Positions 1 to 9,782 of a stretch of 64,000 nucleotides of DNA are shown piece after piece. Numbering within the stretch: the first letter of the stretch is position 1; each line of letters opens with the position of its first letter. The stretch spans positions 448,001 to 512,000 of the forward strand of contig JBGAON010000003.1 of the NCBI GenBank assembly GCA_044221725.1, written 5' to 3'. Source of the stretch: Elusimicrobiota bacterium. Lineage in GTDB: Bacteria; Elusimicrobiota; Elusimicrobia; F11. The position numbers and the translations under genes are program-made. Under the pieces are notes generated by a model. It saw nothing but the letters and a program-made list of their open reading frames with translations. It searched no databases and was not told where the DNA came from.

Positions 1-366
1 TAACAACGCGCTTTTTATGTTCGTGAGAGGGGTTGGGCTGTTCAGCGAATCGATTGCGAAATTTGCCGGGCCGAACTTCTGTTGATTTAACAACGATCCG
101 AAAACATAGACCGGCCCGTCGCCGCGTGTCGCCGCAATGTCCGCCGACAATTGCGGAAGGCGCATCGCTTCCGCCTGTTTCACTCCGGCATCGGCTTCAC
201 GAATTTGCGCGGATGAGGCCTGCAGGCCCGCGCTGCGGGTAACCGCTTGCTCGACTCTGGTGAGCAAATTTTGTTGTGGCGCGGACGTCACCAAAGATGT
301 TCCTATCGTAACGATCGTGACACTGGTGACGAATCCATGAAGCCGAACCTTCCATTTTGTTTCCAT
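1..366 (-). CDS. TolC-family outer membrane efflux protein (5' part; runs off the window)
   Basis: Not in the ORF track. Manual translation from ATG at 366 is open to base 1: METKWKVRLHGFVTSVTIVTIGTSLVTSAPQQNLLTRVEQAVTRSAGLQASSAQIREADAGVKQAEAMRLPQLSADIAATRGDGPVYVFGSLLNQQKF. It has a signal peptide, a TolC-type first helix and LPxL motif, and an AAAGGA SD upstream. Confidence 0.75.
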   Translation of the reverse strand, partial: METKWKVRLHGFVTSVTIVTIGTSLVTSAPQQNLLTRVEQAVTRSAGLQASSAQIREADAGVKQAEAMRLPQLSADIAATRGDGPVYVFGSLLNQQKFGPANFAIDSLNSPTPLTNIKSALL

Positions 367-377
367 ATCCTTTGCTT

Positions 378-1136
378 TTACCTCGCCACCCAACCTCCGT
401 CAACGACCAGCGGGTGTCCCGTCACAAACGACGCGCCTTTCGAACAGAGCCAAACAACCGCGTCGGCAATCTCTTCGGGTTTTCCCATTCGCCCCACCGG
501 TTCTTGGGCGGCCATATCAGCGGCGATTTTTTTATCCCCTTTCGTGAAGCGGTCCACCATCGGCGTCCAGATCACGCCGGGACAGACGGCGTTGATTCGA
601 ATTCCGGTTTTCGCATATTCCATGGCGGCGGTGCGCGTGAGTTGATTGACGCCTCCTTTCGATGCACAATAGGCAGGAATTCCTTCGAACGCTACCTGGC
701 CGGCGATCGATGACGTGTTAACAATCGATCCGGATTTTTGTTTGAGCATTACCGGAATTTCGTATTTCATACACAGCCAGACGCCGCGCAGATTAATGTT
801 AATGACGCGTTCCCAATTCTCTTCGCTGCATTCGGCGGTGGGCGCTGTTTCCCCTTCGATTCCGGCGTTGTTGAACGCGGCGTCCAGCCGGTGAAATGCT
901 TGAAGGGTTTTGTCGATGAGCGTCTGAACATCGGAACTTTTCGACACGTCGGTACGCACAAAGATCGCGTGACCGCCGGCGCGTGTTACGAGATCAACGG
1001 TTTCTTCCCCTTTCTCGACGAGCATATCCGCAACCACCACCTTCGCGCCTTCGCGCGCAAACGCCAGCGCTGTTGCGCGCCCGATGCCGGAACTTGCCCC
1101 CGTTACCAGGCCTACTTGTCCTTCCATCGATTTCAT
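378..1136 (-). CDS. Short-chain dehydrogenase/reductase (classical SDR, glucose-1-dehydrogenase-like)
   Basis: TGASSGIG, NNAG and YCASK motifs. Start re-set to MKSMEG at 1136 (AGGAGG SD, ATGA overlap with the ppsA stop). Confidence 0.92.
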   Translation of the reverse strand: MKSMEGQVGLVTGASSGIGRATALAFAREGAKVVVADMLVEKGEETVDLVTRAGGHAIFVRTDVSKSSDVQTLIDKTLQAFHRLDAAFNNAGIEGETAPTAECSEENWERVININLRGVWLCMKYEIPVMLKQKSGSIVNTSSIAGQVAFEGIPAYCASKGGVNQLTRTAAMEYAKTGIRINAVCPGVIWTPMVDRFTKGDKKIAADMAAQEPVGRMGKPEEIADAVVWLCSKGASFVTGHPLVVDGGWVAR

Positions 1137-3535
1137 AAAGGCACCTCCTGTTGAGCGTTGTTCGTTGACGCGTGCCGCGCCAATCGCTGGATGACCGAAA
1201 CCACGCTGTCCGGATTCAGTGAAATAGAGTCGATTCCACTGCGAACAAGAAACTCGGCGAATTCTGGATGATCGCTCGGCGCCTGACCGCAAATGCCAAC
1301 CTCGCAACGCTTGCGATGGGCTGTTTCGATCACGTTTCGAATCATAATCTTGACCGCTTCGTTGCGCTCGTCGAAGATCTCAGCCAAGTCCTCAGAATCG
1401 CGGTCCACGCCGAGAACAAGTTGCGTAAGATCATTGGATCCAATCGAAAAGCCATCGAACCGATCGGCAAATTGATCGGCCAGAATCACGTTGGATGGAA
1501 TTTCGCACATCACGTACACCTGCAACCCGTTCCGACCGCGGCGCAGACCATGCGTCGACATTTCACTGAGCACCTTGTCAGCTTCCGTGAGCGTGCGGCA
1601 AAACGGAATCATCACGATAATGTTCGAAAAACCCATCTGCTCACGCGCGCGCAAAATCGCTTCGCATTCGAGCGCAAAACCCTCTCGATATTTTTCGTTG
1701 TAATAACGTGACGCTCCACGAAAACCGATCATCGGGTTTGCTTCGATCGGCTCGAACGAGCGTCCACCCAGCAAGTTTGCGTATTCGTTCGTTTTGAAAT
1801 CGCTCATTCGCACAATCACCGGATGCGGGTATTGCGATGCGGCAATTTTTGCGATGCCGCGCGCAAGCACGTCCACGAAATATTCCTTCTTGGGTTTGTA
1901 TCCGTGCGTGAGATCCTCAATTTGTTTGCGTTCCGCACGATCGCGTACCCGATCAAAATGCAGCGTGGCCATTGGATGAATTTTTATCACGTCGCTGATG
2001 ATAAATTCCATGCGCGCGAGACCGATGCCGCTCGTGGGCAGGCGCCACCACCGAAGTGCAGCCTCTGGACTTGCGATGTTCATCATGATTGGAATCGACG
2101 GTTTCCCCAATGTTTCGAGATCGACTTCGTTCTGTCGAAACGCCAACCTGCCATCGTAAACGAAACCGGTTTCGCCTTCGGCACAGCTGAGCGTTATTGC
2201 GGTATTGTCGCGAAGAAGCTCGGTTGCTCGCCCGGTGCCGACAATCGCCGGTATTCCCAATTCGCGGCTTACGATGGCCGCGTGCGACGTTCGTCCGCCG
2301 TGGTCCGTAACGATGCCGGCCGCTTTTTTCATTACCGGAACCCAATCGGGGTCTGTGGTGGTGGTGACGAGAATGGAGCCGCTTCGGAATTTCGTTAAGT
2401 CCGAGGCATGTCGAATAATTTGAACCGGTCCGATGGCGATGGCATCTCCGATCGCAAGTCCTTCGATAATCTTACGTCCTTTCTCGACGAGTTCATACGA
2501 TGTGAATGTCTTCCTTTGACGTTGTGATTGAACCGTTTCGGGACGAGCTTGAACAATGAAAAGTCGTCGCGACTCCCCATCCTTTGCCCACTCAATGTCC
2601 ATGGGGCGGCCATAATGACTTTCGATGAGCACAGCCCACCGCGCGAGCGTAAGCGTTTCCGCGTCGGTTAACACAAAGCTGGACCGCTCGACGGCGGACG
2701 TGCGAACTGTTTTCGTTGGTTGGTTTACGTTGGCCGTGATAATCATTTTTTGTTCTTTTCGTCCGCGCTTTTTTTCGACGATCGGCGTCGTTTGCCGGGC
2801 GGCCAACAGCGGTTTGAAAATCATGATTTCGTCGGGATCGACGGTTCCTTGCACGACCGTTTCGCCGAGTCCCCACGCCGCGTTGATAACCACGGCGTTC
2901 GGAAATCCCGATTCGGTATCAATCGAAAACATGACGCCCGATCCGGCGCGATCCGACCGGACCATTTTCTGAATCCCGATGGACAACGCGACTTTCATGT
3001 GGTCGAATTTTTTTTCGCGGCGATAGGCAATCGCACGGTCCGTAAACAGCGACGCGAAGCATCTTTGGCAAGCGGCGAGCACGGCGCTTTCTCCGCGCAC
3101 GTTGAGAAAGGTTTCCTGTTGACCCGCGAAACTCGCATCGGGAAGGTCTTCCGCGGTGGCACTGCTTCGCACCGCAACATCGACGTCTTTCATGTGGTAG
3201 CGCTGCCCCAATTCGCGATAGGCCTGCTGTATTTGACCGATCATTTCGTCGGAAAAAGTGGACCCGAGAATGATCTCGCGAACGGCTTGCCCCATTTTTC
3301 TTAGGGATTTATTCTCGTTTTTTATTTTTCCGAGCAACGAACGGATCTCATCTTTTGCGCGGTTCTCTCTCAGGAAATCCCAGTACGCTTCCGCGGTCGT
3401 TGCAAAACCGTCGGGAACATCAATTCCTTTCGGTTTCAATGTTTGAACCATTTCTCCGAGCGATGCATTTTTCCCGCCGACGATAGCGATATTCTGAATT
3501 CCGATATTTTCAAACCAGCGGATATACGTTTTCAT
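1133..3535 (-). CDS. ppsA: Phosphoenolpyruvate synthase (pyruvate, water dikinase)
   Basis: VGGKNASLGEM, VAVRSSATAED, GGRTSHAAI (phospho-His) and FSIGSNDLTQ motifs. Start re-set to MKTYIRWF. Confidence 0.96.
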   Translation of the reverse strand: MKTYIRWFENIGIQNIAIVGGKNASLGEMVQTLKPKGIDVPDGFATTAEAYWDFLRENRAKDEIRSLLGKIKNENKSLRKMGQAVREIILGSTFSDEMIGQIQQAYRELGQRYHMKDVDVAVRSSATAEDLPDASFAGQQETFLNVRGESAVLAACQRCFASLFTDRAIAYRREKKFDHMKVALSIGIQKMVRSDRAGSGVMFSIDTESGFPNAVVINAAWGLGETVVQGTVDPDEIMIFKPLLAARQTTPIVEKKRGRKEQKMIITANVNQPTKTVRTSAVERSSFVLTDAETLTLARWAVLIESHYGRPMDIEWAKDGESRRLFIVQARPETVQSQRQRKTFTSYELVEKGRKIIEGLAIGDAIAIGPVQIIRHASDLTKFRSGSILVTTTTDPDWVPVMKKAAGIVTDHGGRTSHAAIVSRELGIPAIVGTGRATELLRDNTAITLSCAEGETGFVYDGRLAFRQNEVDLETLGKPSIPIMMNIASPEAALRWWRLPTSGIGLARMEFIISDVIKIHPMATLHFDRVRDRAERKQIEDLTHGYKPKKEYFVDVLARGIAKIAASQYPHPVIVRMSDFKTNEYANLLGGRSFEPIEANPMIGFRGASRYYNEKYREGFALECEAILRAREQMGFSNIIVMIPFCRTLTEADKVLSEMSTHGLRRGRNGLQVYVMCEIPSNVILADQFADRFDGFSIGSNDLTQLVLGVDRDSEDLAEIFDERNEAVKIMIRNVIETAHRKRCEVGICGQAPSDHPEFAEFLVRSGIDSISLNPDSVVSVIQRLARHASTNNAQQEVPL

Positions 3536-3673
3536 GATGACTTCACCACCCAAACGATGCAATACGTTACGAGAAAAGTTTACGTTTCCAATAAAGATTG
3601 AAATATGACGACGCTCATAATGTGCCGGAAACCGAAATGAGAAAATTATCACGAGGAAGCGAAGGGGGTCGTT

Positions 3674-4468
3674 ATGAAACGCGACAGGCGTCTATTCGCG
3701 CTGGTGGGTTCTTTGTTGGGGCTTGGGGCGCCGCTGGGTTGGCTATTTTGGCGAGCGTTGCTCGATCAGCCGATGTGGTTGAGAAATGAATTTCAGCAAT
3801 TTGGCGCTTTTTACGTTTATCTTGCGCTTGCAACCGTCACTGTGTTTACACTTTTCGGATATTTTCTCGGACGGCACAGCGACGTGGTTGGTGACCAATC
3901 GGCGTCGGTTAAAGAAACGCTGCGCAAAGTAAATTTGCTCGCAATCACCGATGCGTTAACGAATATTTATAACGCACGCTATCTTCATGAACAACTTTCG
4001 ATTGAGACGGAAGCCGCAAAACGCTACCACACGCCGTTGACGTGCCTCATGATGGATATCGACAATTTTAAGTCGATTAACGACCGATTTGGTCACCCGG
4101 CTGGGGACGTCGTTCTTGCAACGTTGGCAAAGATTGTTCAGCAGTCCGTGCGTCGGGTGGATATTGTCGGACGCCTTGGCGGTGAAGAATTTCTCGTAAT
4201 CATGCCTCACACCGCTCAGGGCACCGCCTTCCGCGTCGCTGAACGAATTCGCCAGGCGGTTCAACGATGGCCGTTTAAATTGGAGGGCGTGGCGATTCCG
4301 GTGACGGTCAGTATCGGAGTCGCGTGTTTGCCAACGGCGGGCATCGCGAACAAGAGCACGCTGATGAAAGCCGCCGATAACGCGTTGTACGAAGCGAAAA
4401 AATCCGGAAAGAACCGCAGCGTTGTTTCGCAATTTGTGGTTTCCCCTCCCGTCGGTTCTGTAAAATAA
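3674..4468 (+). CDS. Membrane-anchored diguanylate cyclase (GGDEF domain)
   Basis: Two N-terminal hydrophobic helices, TDALT, DIDNFKSINDRFGH, RxxD I-site (RRVD) and GGEEF active site. Confidence 0.93.
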   Translation: MKRDRRLFALVGSLLGLGAPLGWLFWRALLDQPMWLRNEFQQFGAFYVYLALATVTVFTLFGYFLGRHSDVVGDQSASVKETLRKVNLLAITDALTNIYNARYLHEQLSIETEAAKRYHTPLTCLMMDIDNFKSINDRFGHPAGDVVLATLAKIVQQSVRRVDIVGRLGGEEFLVIMPHTAQGTAFRVAERIRQAVQRWPFKLEGVAIPVTVSIGVACLPTAGIANKSTLMKAADNALYEAKKSGKNRSVVSQFVVSPPVGSVK

Positions 4469-4496
4469 AGATTCTAAAAATAAAAAGGAGCCGAAA

Positions 4497-5582
4497 ATGC
4501 CAGCCATATATTTTTTTGAAGTAACCCCAAGCGAGCGGTCGCATCTAAGAAATTATCGTCCGAACGGTTGTTCCGTGCGATTGTTTGCGGAACGTGTTGA
4601 CGAGGTCGATGCGACGACGCTTCGGGGGGCCGATGTCATATCGGTTTTTATTTATTCTCGCGTTACGGCTGAAATTCTTAAAAAGGTTCCGCGACTGAAA
4701 CTCGTGGCGACGCGTTCAACCGGCTTTGACCATATCGATGTCGACGCCTGCACGAAGCGCGGAATTGCGGTGGCGAATGTTCCGTTCTACGGAGAAAACA
4801 CCGTTGCTGAGCACACGTTTGCATTGATTCTCGCTTTGTCACGCAAAGTGCATCAAGCGTATTTCCGAACCATTCGCGGCGACTTTTCATTCGATGGTCT
4901 CGAAGGGTTTGATCTGAAGGACAAAACGTTGGGAATCGTCGGTACCGGCCACATTGGAATCCACGCGATTCGAATTGCAAAAGGATTTGGCATGAACGTT
5001 ATCGCCTACGATGTGATCAAAAATAATTTTATGGCCGAGACGCTTGGTTTTAAATACGTTTCGTTTGATGAGCTGCTCGGCGCATCGGACATTATTAGTC
5101 TTCATGCGCCGTACCGAAAAGAAACCCATCATTTAATCAACCGAGAAAACATTAAAAAGATTAAGAAAGGAGCTCTTCTCATTAATACGGCTCGGGGAGC
5201 TTTGGTGGAAACGGAGGCGCTTACGCTGGCGCTGGATCAGAAAATTTTGGCCGGAGCAGGATTGGATGTCCTCGAAGGCGAAGAACTCATAAAGGAAGAA
5301 CGGCAAATCTTGTCGAAAGAGTATTCCATTGAGCGTCTAAAGACATTGCTTCAAAATCACATCCTTCTTAATCGTGAAAATGTCGTGATCACGCCCCACA
5401 TTGCGTTTAATTCGAAAGAAGCGTTTCTTCGAATTTTGAACACAACGCTCAGCAACATTCGGGCTTTTTCATCAGGAAAACCCGAGAACGTTGTCGGCGC
5501 TAAACTTGTCGGATCACCTCAACGGAGCAATGCGCGCGGGCCGCAACCGCGGTCGAAACGCCGCCCATCAAAAGCCGTTTGA
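4497..5582 (+). CDS. D-isomer-specific 2-hydroxyacid dehydrogenase (D-lactate dehydrogenase-like)
   Basis: RSTGFDHID, VAEH, GTGHIG, INTARG, LDVLEGE and TPHIAF motifs. Confidence 0.9.
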   Translation: MPAIYFFEVTPSERSHLRNYRPNGCSVRLFAERVDEVDATTLRGADVISVFIYSRVTAEILKKVPRLKLVATRSTGFDHIDVDACTKRGIAVANVPFYGENTVAEHTFALILALSRKVHQAYFRTIRGDFSFDGLEGFDLKDKTLGIVGTGHIGIHAIRIAKGFGMNVIAYDVIKNNFMAETLGFKYVSFDELLGASDIISLHAPYRKETHHLINRENIKKIKKGALLINTARGALVETEALTLALDQKILAGAGLDVLEGEELIKEERQILSKEYSIERLKTLLQNHILLNRENVVITPHIAFNSKEAFLRILNTTLSNIRAFSSGKPENVVGAKLVGSPQRSNARGPQPRSKRRPSKAV

Positions 5583-6363
5583 CACGCGTGAGCCCGCGAG
5601 CGCCGACGAAAATACAATTGGCTTTCCACAATTTTGCTTCTCTGAGAAGCACGTGCTTTGGATTTCCTTTTTCAACCTTGCAGCAAACGCGCATTCCTTT
5701 CTCGCGTAAGCTTTCTGAGTACGATTCGAGCATGGCGAGTTGGTCGATAAACGTTGGTTTTGCGGAATCCATTACGGACAACAGCAGAATTTCTGTTCCG
5801 ATAGGCCACGACCGGCGCGCTACCGCTTGTACCGCGGCAGCCGAGTTTGTGGAGCCGTCGATTCCGATTAGCAAGCGTGGAAATTTTCGCTTTGTTTGAG
5901 TGCCGTGGCGACCAATTCGAACCGAGCATTTCGCTTGCAGGAGTATCATTTGGGACACGCTCCCGAGAAATCGACCCAGGCCGGAGTGTCCGTGGGCGCC
6001 CACCACTATAAAGTCCGGCTTCCAAGATTCTGATTTCTTGATAATTCCCCACGCGGCCGAGTCTTCGCACGATGAATTTTGAACGGTCCATTCAGGAAAC
6101 ATTGACTGAATTTTTTTTCGCGCCTGGGCCGACAGCTGGGTTGCTTCCTGCATCTTTCTTTTCACGGCTTCCCGGGAGCGCAGAATGCTCGCTCGGATCG
6201 GTTTCGGGATTTTTATCTCTGGTCCCTTCGGCAACAAAACCTCCGCCGCCGAGAGAACATGAATATTTGTTTTTCGCGGTAGTCCCGCCCGTTTGAGGTC
6301 TGCGATAGCAACATCCGCGTAGTTCGAACCGTCATAACCCACAAGCAGTTTCATTCTTTTCAT
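5500..6363 (-). CDS. Tandem universal stress protein (two USP domains)
   Basis: LVGYDGS...VVGAHG...LGSVS and LIGIDGS...FVGARG...MGGVS...AHCSVEV. Start MKRMK has an ATGA overlap with the ATPase stop. Confidence 0.9.
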   Translation of the reverse strand: MKRMKLLVGYDGSNYADVAIADLKRAGLPRKTNIHVLSAAEVLLPKGPEIKIPKPIRASILRSREAVKRKMQEATQLSAQARKKIQSMFPEWTVQNSSCEDSAAWGIIKKSESWKPDFIVVGAHGHSGLGRFLGSVSQMILLQAKCSVRIGRHGTQTKRKFPRLLIGIDGSTNSAAAVQAVARRSWPIGTEILLLSVMDSAKPTFIDQLAMLESYSESLREKGMRVCCKVEKGNPKHVLLREAKLWKANCIFVGARGLTRVKRLLMGGVSTAVAARAHCSVEVIRQV

Positions 6364-9116
6364 GGCGTTCTCCCTTTCTGTTGTTGCGTTCTCCTTCGAA
6401 TCCATTTGTCAAGTTCTGCGATCCAAAACACCGATGTGCCAAGGACCAGACATATTGTCAATTCTTTTGGTGGCAATGAAACGGTGTTAAAGAAGGATTG
6501 AAAGAATGGCGTATAGATAACAAAAAGTTGCAAGACTATCGACAATAGCACCGCGCCCAAAAGGGGCGTGTTTGAAAACGGAGGCATTCGAAAAAACGTT
6601 TCTCGCTGCGATCGAAAAGCCAGCGCCATCACAACGTGCAGCACGATGAGGGTTGTGAAAATCATTGTCTGCCAAAGCGGACTTCGGTGGTGCCAATACC
6701 AAGCTCCGATCCCAAGAGGAACCAATCCCACGAGGAAACCAAGCCAAAGTATCTGTACGCCCATTCCGCGCGCAAAAATATTTTCATTCGGAGCGATCGG
6801 AGCACTTTTCATTACGTTTTTCCCGGCGGGCTCGACTCCCAGCGCTAACGCCGGAATTCCGTCCGTGATCAAATTTATCCACAGAATCTGAACGGGCAAA
6901 AGGGGCATCGGCATCCCGATGAAAGGCGCCGCCAACATCAACCAAATTTCTCCGACGTTGCCCGTCAACAAATATCGCAAGGACTTGCGAATATTTTCAT
7001 AAATTACGCGTCCTTCCTTTATTGCAGCGATAATCGTCGCAAAATTATCATCAAGCAACACCATGTCGGAAGCCTCTTTTGCAACATCGGTTCCGGATAT
7101 TCCCATGGCGACTCCGATGTCCGCCTTCTTCAGTGCGGGCGCATCGTTGATTCCATCGCCGGTCATTGCCACAATATGTCCCCGCTTTTGCAACGCTTGA
7201 ACGATGGTCAATTTGTGTTCGGGACAGACACGAGCATAAACGGAAATTTCCTCCGCTATTGATTCGAGCTTGGCCGGCGACATTTGATCCAATTCCGCTC
7301 CGGTTAGAACCGTTCCCACTGAAAATCCCAATTCTCGCGCAATAGCATTGGCTGTTAACGGATGGTCACCGGTAATCATCACGGGTTTAATTCCAGCCGC
7401 CAAACACGTGTGGACGGCGTCTTTCACTTCCGTTCGCAACGGATCCATCAACGCGACAAGACCAATAAAAGTGAGGCGCTGTTCAATGGAAGATTGATCC
7501 GTCTGTGACAAAGTGGTGCCTTCCTCTATTTTGCGGTAGGCAATTCCTATGACACGCATTCCTTGCTCGGCGAACGCGCTCTGCGCGGTTTGGATTCGCT
7601 CCGACCAATGCGTATCCAACGTCTGGATTTTCCGATCGATGAAGACATGCGTCGAAATCGAGAGCAACGAATCAACCGACCCCTTCGAAAACACCGCATA
7701 AGAAGAACCGGTTTGCGAGTGTTGACGGGTTGTTTCAAAAGCTCCCCAATGTTCGGTAGCGTCAACAATCTTATGGACCGTGGTCATTCGCTTTCGATTG
7801 GAATCAAATGAAAACTCGCGCACGCGTGGAAATTCTTGTTCAAGCCGCGTTTTATGCAAACCGAAACGGGCCGCGGCCACCGCCAGCGCCGTTTCCGTTG
7901 GATCTCCGATTGCATCAGCGTTGGACGTGCCTTTGGTGTCCTCTTGAAGAATCGCATCGTTGCAAAGAGCGCCTGCGATTAACACAGGATCGATGACGCC
8001 GAGTCGTTCTGTTTCCGGCACGTTGTTTCTTAAATCGATTTTACGGTCGAGCCGATCAATGAGCGAGACCGTCATTTTGTTTTGTGTCAACGTTCCGGTT
8101 TTGTCCGTGCAAATAACGGACACCGAACCCAATGTTTCAACGGCGGGAAGACTTCGAATAAGTGCGTTGCGTCTCAACATGCGCCGGGCCCCAAAGGCCA
8201 GGTTGATGGTAACGATGGCGGGAAGACCTTCGGGAACCGCTGCAACGGCGATGCTCATGGCTGTCAGGAACATCAGTTTCAAATTCTCGCCGCGCAACAT
8301 TCCCAGCGCAAATATGACGCCGACAATAACAAGCGCCGCAAACGCTAAGCGATTTCCGACATGATTCAACCGTCGTTGAAGCGGTGTTGAATCTTCCTGA
8401 ACGGACTGAATCATGCTCGCAATTCGCCCCAATTCCGTTGTCATGCCGGTTTCGGTAATGACCATGAGACCCCGACCGAACGTGATAAAGGTGCCGGCGT
8501 AGGCCATGTTGAACCGCTCGGCGAGAGGCGCGTTCGCGTCTGCAACAACGCCCGCTTGTTTTCTCACCGAATCCGATTCCCCCGTGAGCGCGGATTCTTT
8601 TATCTGGAGATTGATGCTCTCAACGATTCGGCCGTCGGCGGGCACAACATTGCCTGCTTCAAGCACAACCACGTCTCCGGGCACAATCTCGGACGCGGAA
8701 ATCTGTTGAACGCGCTCATCCCGTTTGACTTTCACGGTGGGTACCGTGAGATTCCGTAACGCCGCCAGTGCCCTTTCGGCGCGCCGTTCTTGAATAAAAC
8801 CGAGCAAAGCGTTCAGAACCAAAATGGCGCCAATCGAGATAACGTTTTTGGTATCGCCCAGCGCCGCCGAAATAACGGTGGATGCCACGAGAACGAGGAC
8901 AACCGTCGACGAAAATTGCGAAATCAAAACCCGCCACGCGCTGCGGGCTTTTACTTCCACCAATTCGTTGGGCCCGTACTGAGCGAAGCGATTCTTCGCA
9001 TCCCGCTCGCTGAGCCCAACCGAACTGTTGGATCCCAGTTGCTGCAGCACTTCGTTGACGGTTTTCGTGTGCCAGCGGTCGGTTCGAACGGATGCTCTTT
9101 GTGCTCTTGCTCCCAC
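6360..9116 (-). CDS. Cation-transporting P-type ATPase (P2A/Ca2+-type)
   Basis: TGES, PEGL, DKTGTLT, TGDH and GDGIND motifs; multiple TM helices; GGAGGT SD before the GTG start. Confidence 0.95.
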   Translation of the reverse strand: MGARAQRASVRTDRWHTKTVNEVLQQLGSNSSVGLSERDAKNRFAQYGPNELVEVKARSAWRVLISQFSSTVVLVLVASTVISAALGDTKNVISIGAILVLNALLGFIQERRAERALAALRNLTVPTVKVKRDERVQQISASEIVPGDVVVLEAGNVVPADGRIVESINLQIKESALTGESDSVRKQAGVVADANAPLAERFNMAYAGTFITFGRGLMVITETGMTTELGRIASMIQSVQEDSTPLQRRLNHVGNRLAFAALVIVGVIFALGMLRGENLKLMFLTAMSIAVAAVPEGLPAIVTINLAFGARRMLRRNALIRSLPAVETLGSVSVICTDKTGTLTQNKMTVSLIDRLDRKIDLRNNVPETERLGVIDPVLIAGALCNDAILQEDTKGTSNADAIGDPTETALAVAAARFGLHKTRLEQEFPRVREFSFDSNRKRMTTVHKIVDATEHWGAFETTRQHSQTGSSYAVFSKGSVDSLLSISTHVFIDRKIQTLDTHWSERIQTAQSAFAEQGMRVIGIAYRKIEEGTTLSQTDQSSIEQRLTFIGLVALMDPLRTEVKDAVHTCLAAGIKPVMITGDHPLTANAIARELGFSVGTVLTGAELDQMSPAKLESIAEEISVYARVCPEHKLTIVQALQKRGHIVAMTGDGINDAPALKKADIGVAMGISGTDVAKEASDMVLLDDNFATIIAAIKEGRVIYENIRKSLRYLLTGNVGEIWLMLAAPFIGMPMPLLPVQILWINLITDGIPALALGVEPAGKNVMKSAPIAPNENIFARGMGVQILWLGFLVGLVPLGIGAWYWHHRSPLWQTMIFTTLIVLHVVMALAFRSQRETFFRMPPFSNTPLLGAVLLSIVLQLFVIYTPFFQSFFNTVSLPPKELTICLVLGTSVFWIAELDKWIRRRTQQQKGRTP

Positions 9117-9144
9117 GATGGCGCACCTCCAATGGGGCTTAGGT

Positions 9145-9528
9145 TTACTTTAGGTCGAGCAGTTCTTGTTTGGAATCGGTTCCAAGGATGGCGAGGCAGG
9201 CTTCGATATCGTTTTTTATTTCTTGAAGCGCGGGAACAGTGGAAATTTGTTTGTCGGTGCTGGTCGCAAGCGGGCGGTTGGAATAAATTCGACCGAGTTC
9301 GCGGCGCGCGCCGGCGAGGGTAAATCGCTTTTCTACGACCAAATGTTTTACACGGCCAATCATGTCGATTTCCGATTTCGTGTATTTGCGGTGACCCGAA
9401 TATCGGCGAGCGGGCCTTAAAAATTTAAATTGCGACTCCCAATACCGAAGCACGTGTGGCTTGATGCCGGTAATTTTCGCGACGTCGCCAATCGTGTAGT
9501 AATGTTTTTCGGGCAGCGTCCAATTCAC
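9145..9528 (-). CDS. MerR-family HTH regulator (type usually found after ihfA)
   Basis: YYTIGDVA...PHVLRYWESQF...GHRKY; directly follows the HU/IHF gene. Confidence 0.88.
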   Translation of the reverse strand: MNWTLPEKHYYTIGDVAKITGIKPHVLRYWESQFKFLRPARRYSGHRKYTKSEIDMIGRVKHLVVEKRFTLAGARRELGRIYSNRPLATSTDKQISTVPALQEIKNDIEACLAILGTDSKQELLDLK

Positions 9529-9782
9529 ATGAAATCCTTGGCTTTTCGGAATTTAACGGCGGGACGTTCGGGAATTAAAACTTCCTGTCCTGTTTTTATA
9601 TTCCGTCCTTTCTTTGGTTTGCGCATCACAATGTGAAAACTGCCAAACCCTTGCACGACCACTTTCTCGTGTTTGCGAAGCGCGTCTCGCATTGCGTTAA
9701 ACAAAAAGTCGACGATGCGTTGAGCCTCCACCCGTGATCCTGTTAATTTTGAAACGCCCTCCACCATGTGCGCTTTGTTCAT
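9525..9782 (-). CDS. HU/IHF-family DNA-binding protein
   Basis: MNK...GFGSF...GRNIKTG...VKF signature; 85 aa. Confidence 0.92.
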   Translation of the reverse strand: MNKAHMVEGVSKLTGSRVEAQRIVDFLFNAMRDALRKHEKVVVQGFGSFHIVMRKPKKGRNIKTGQEVLIPERPAVKFRKAKDFM

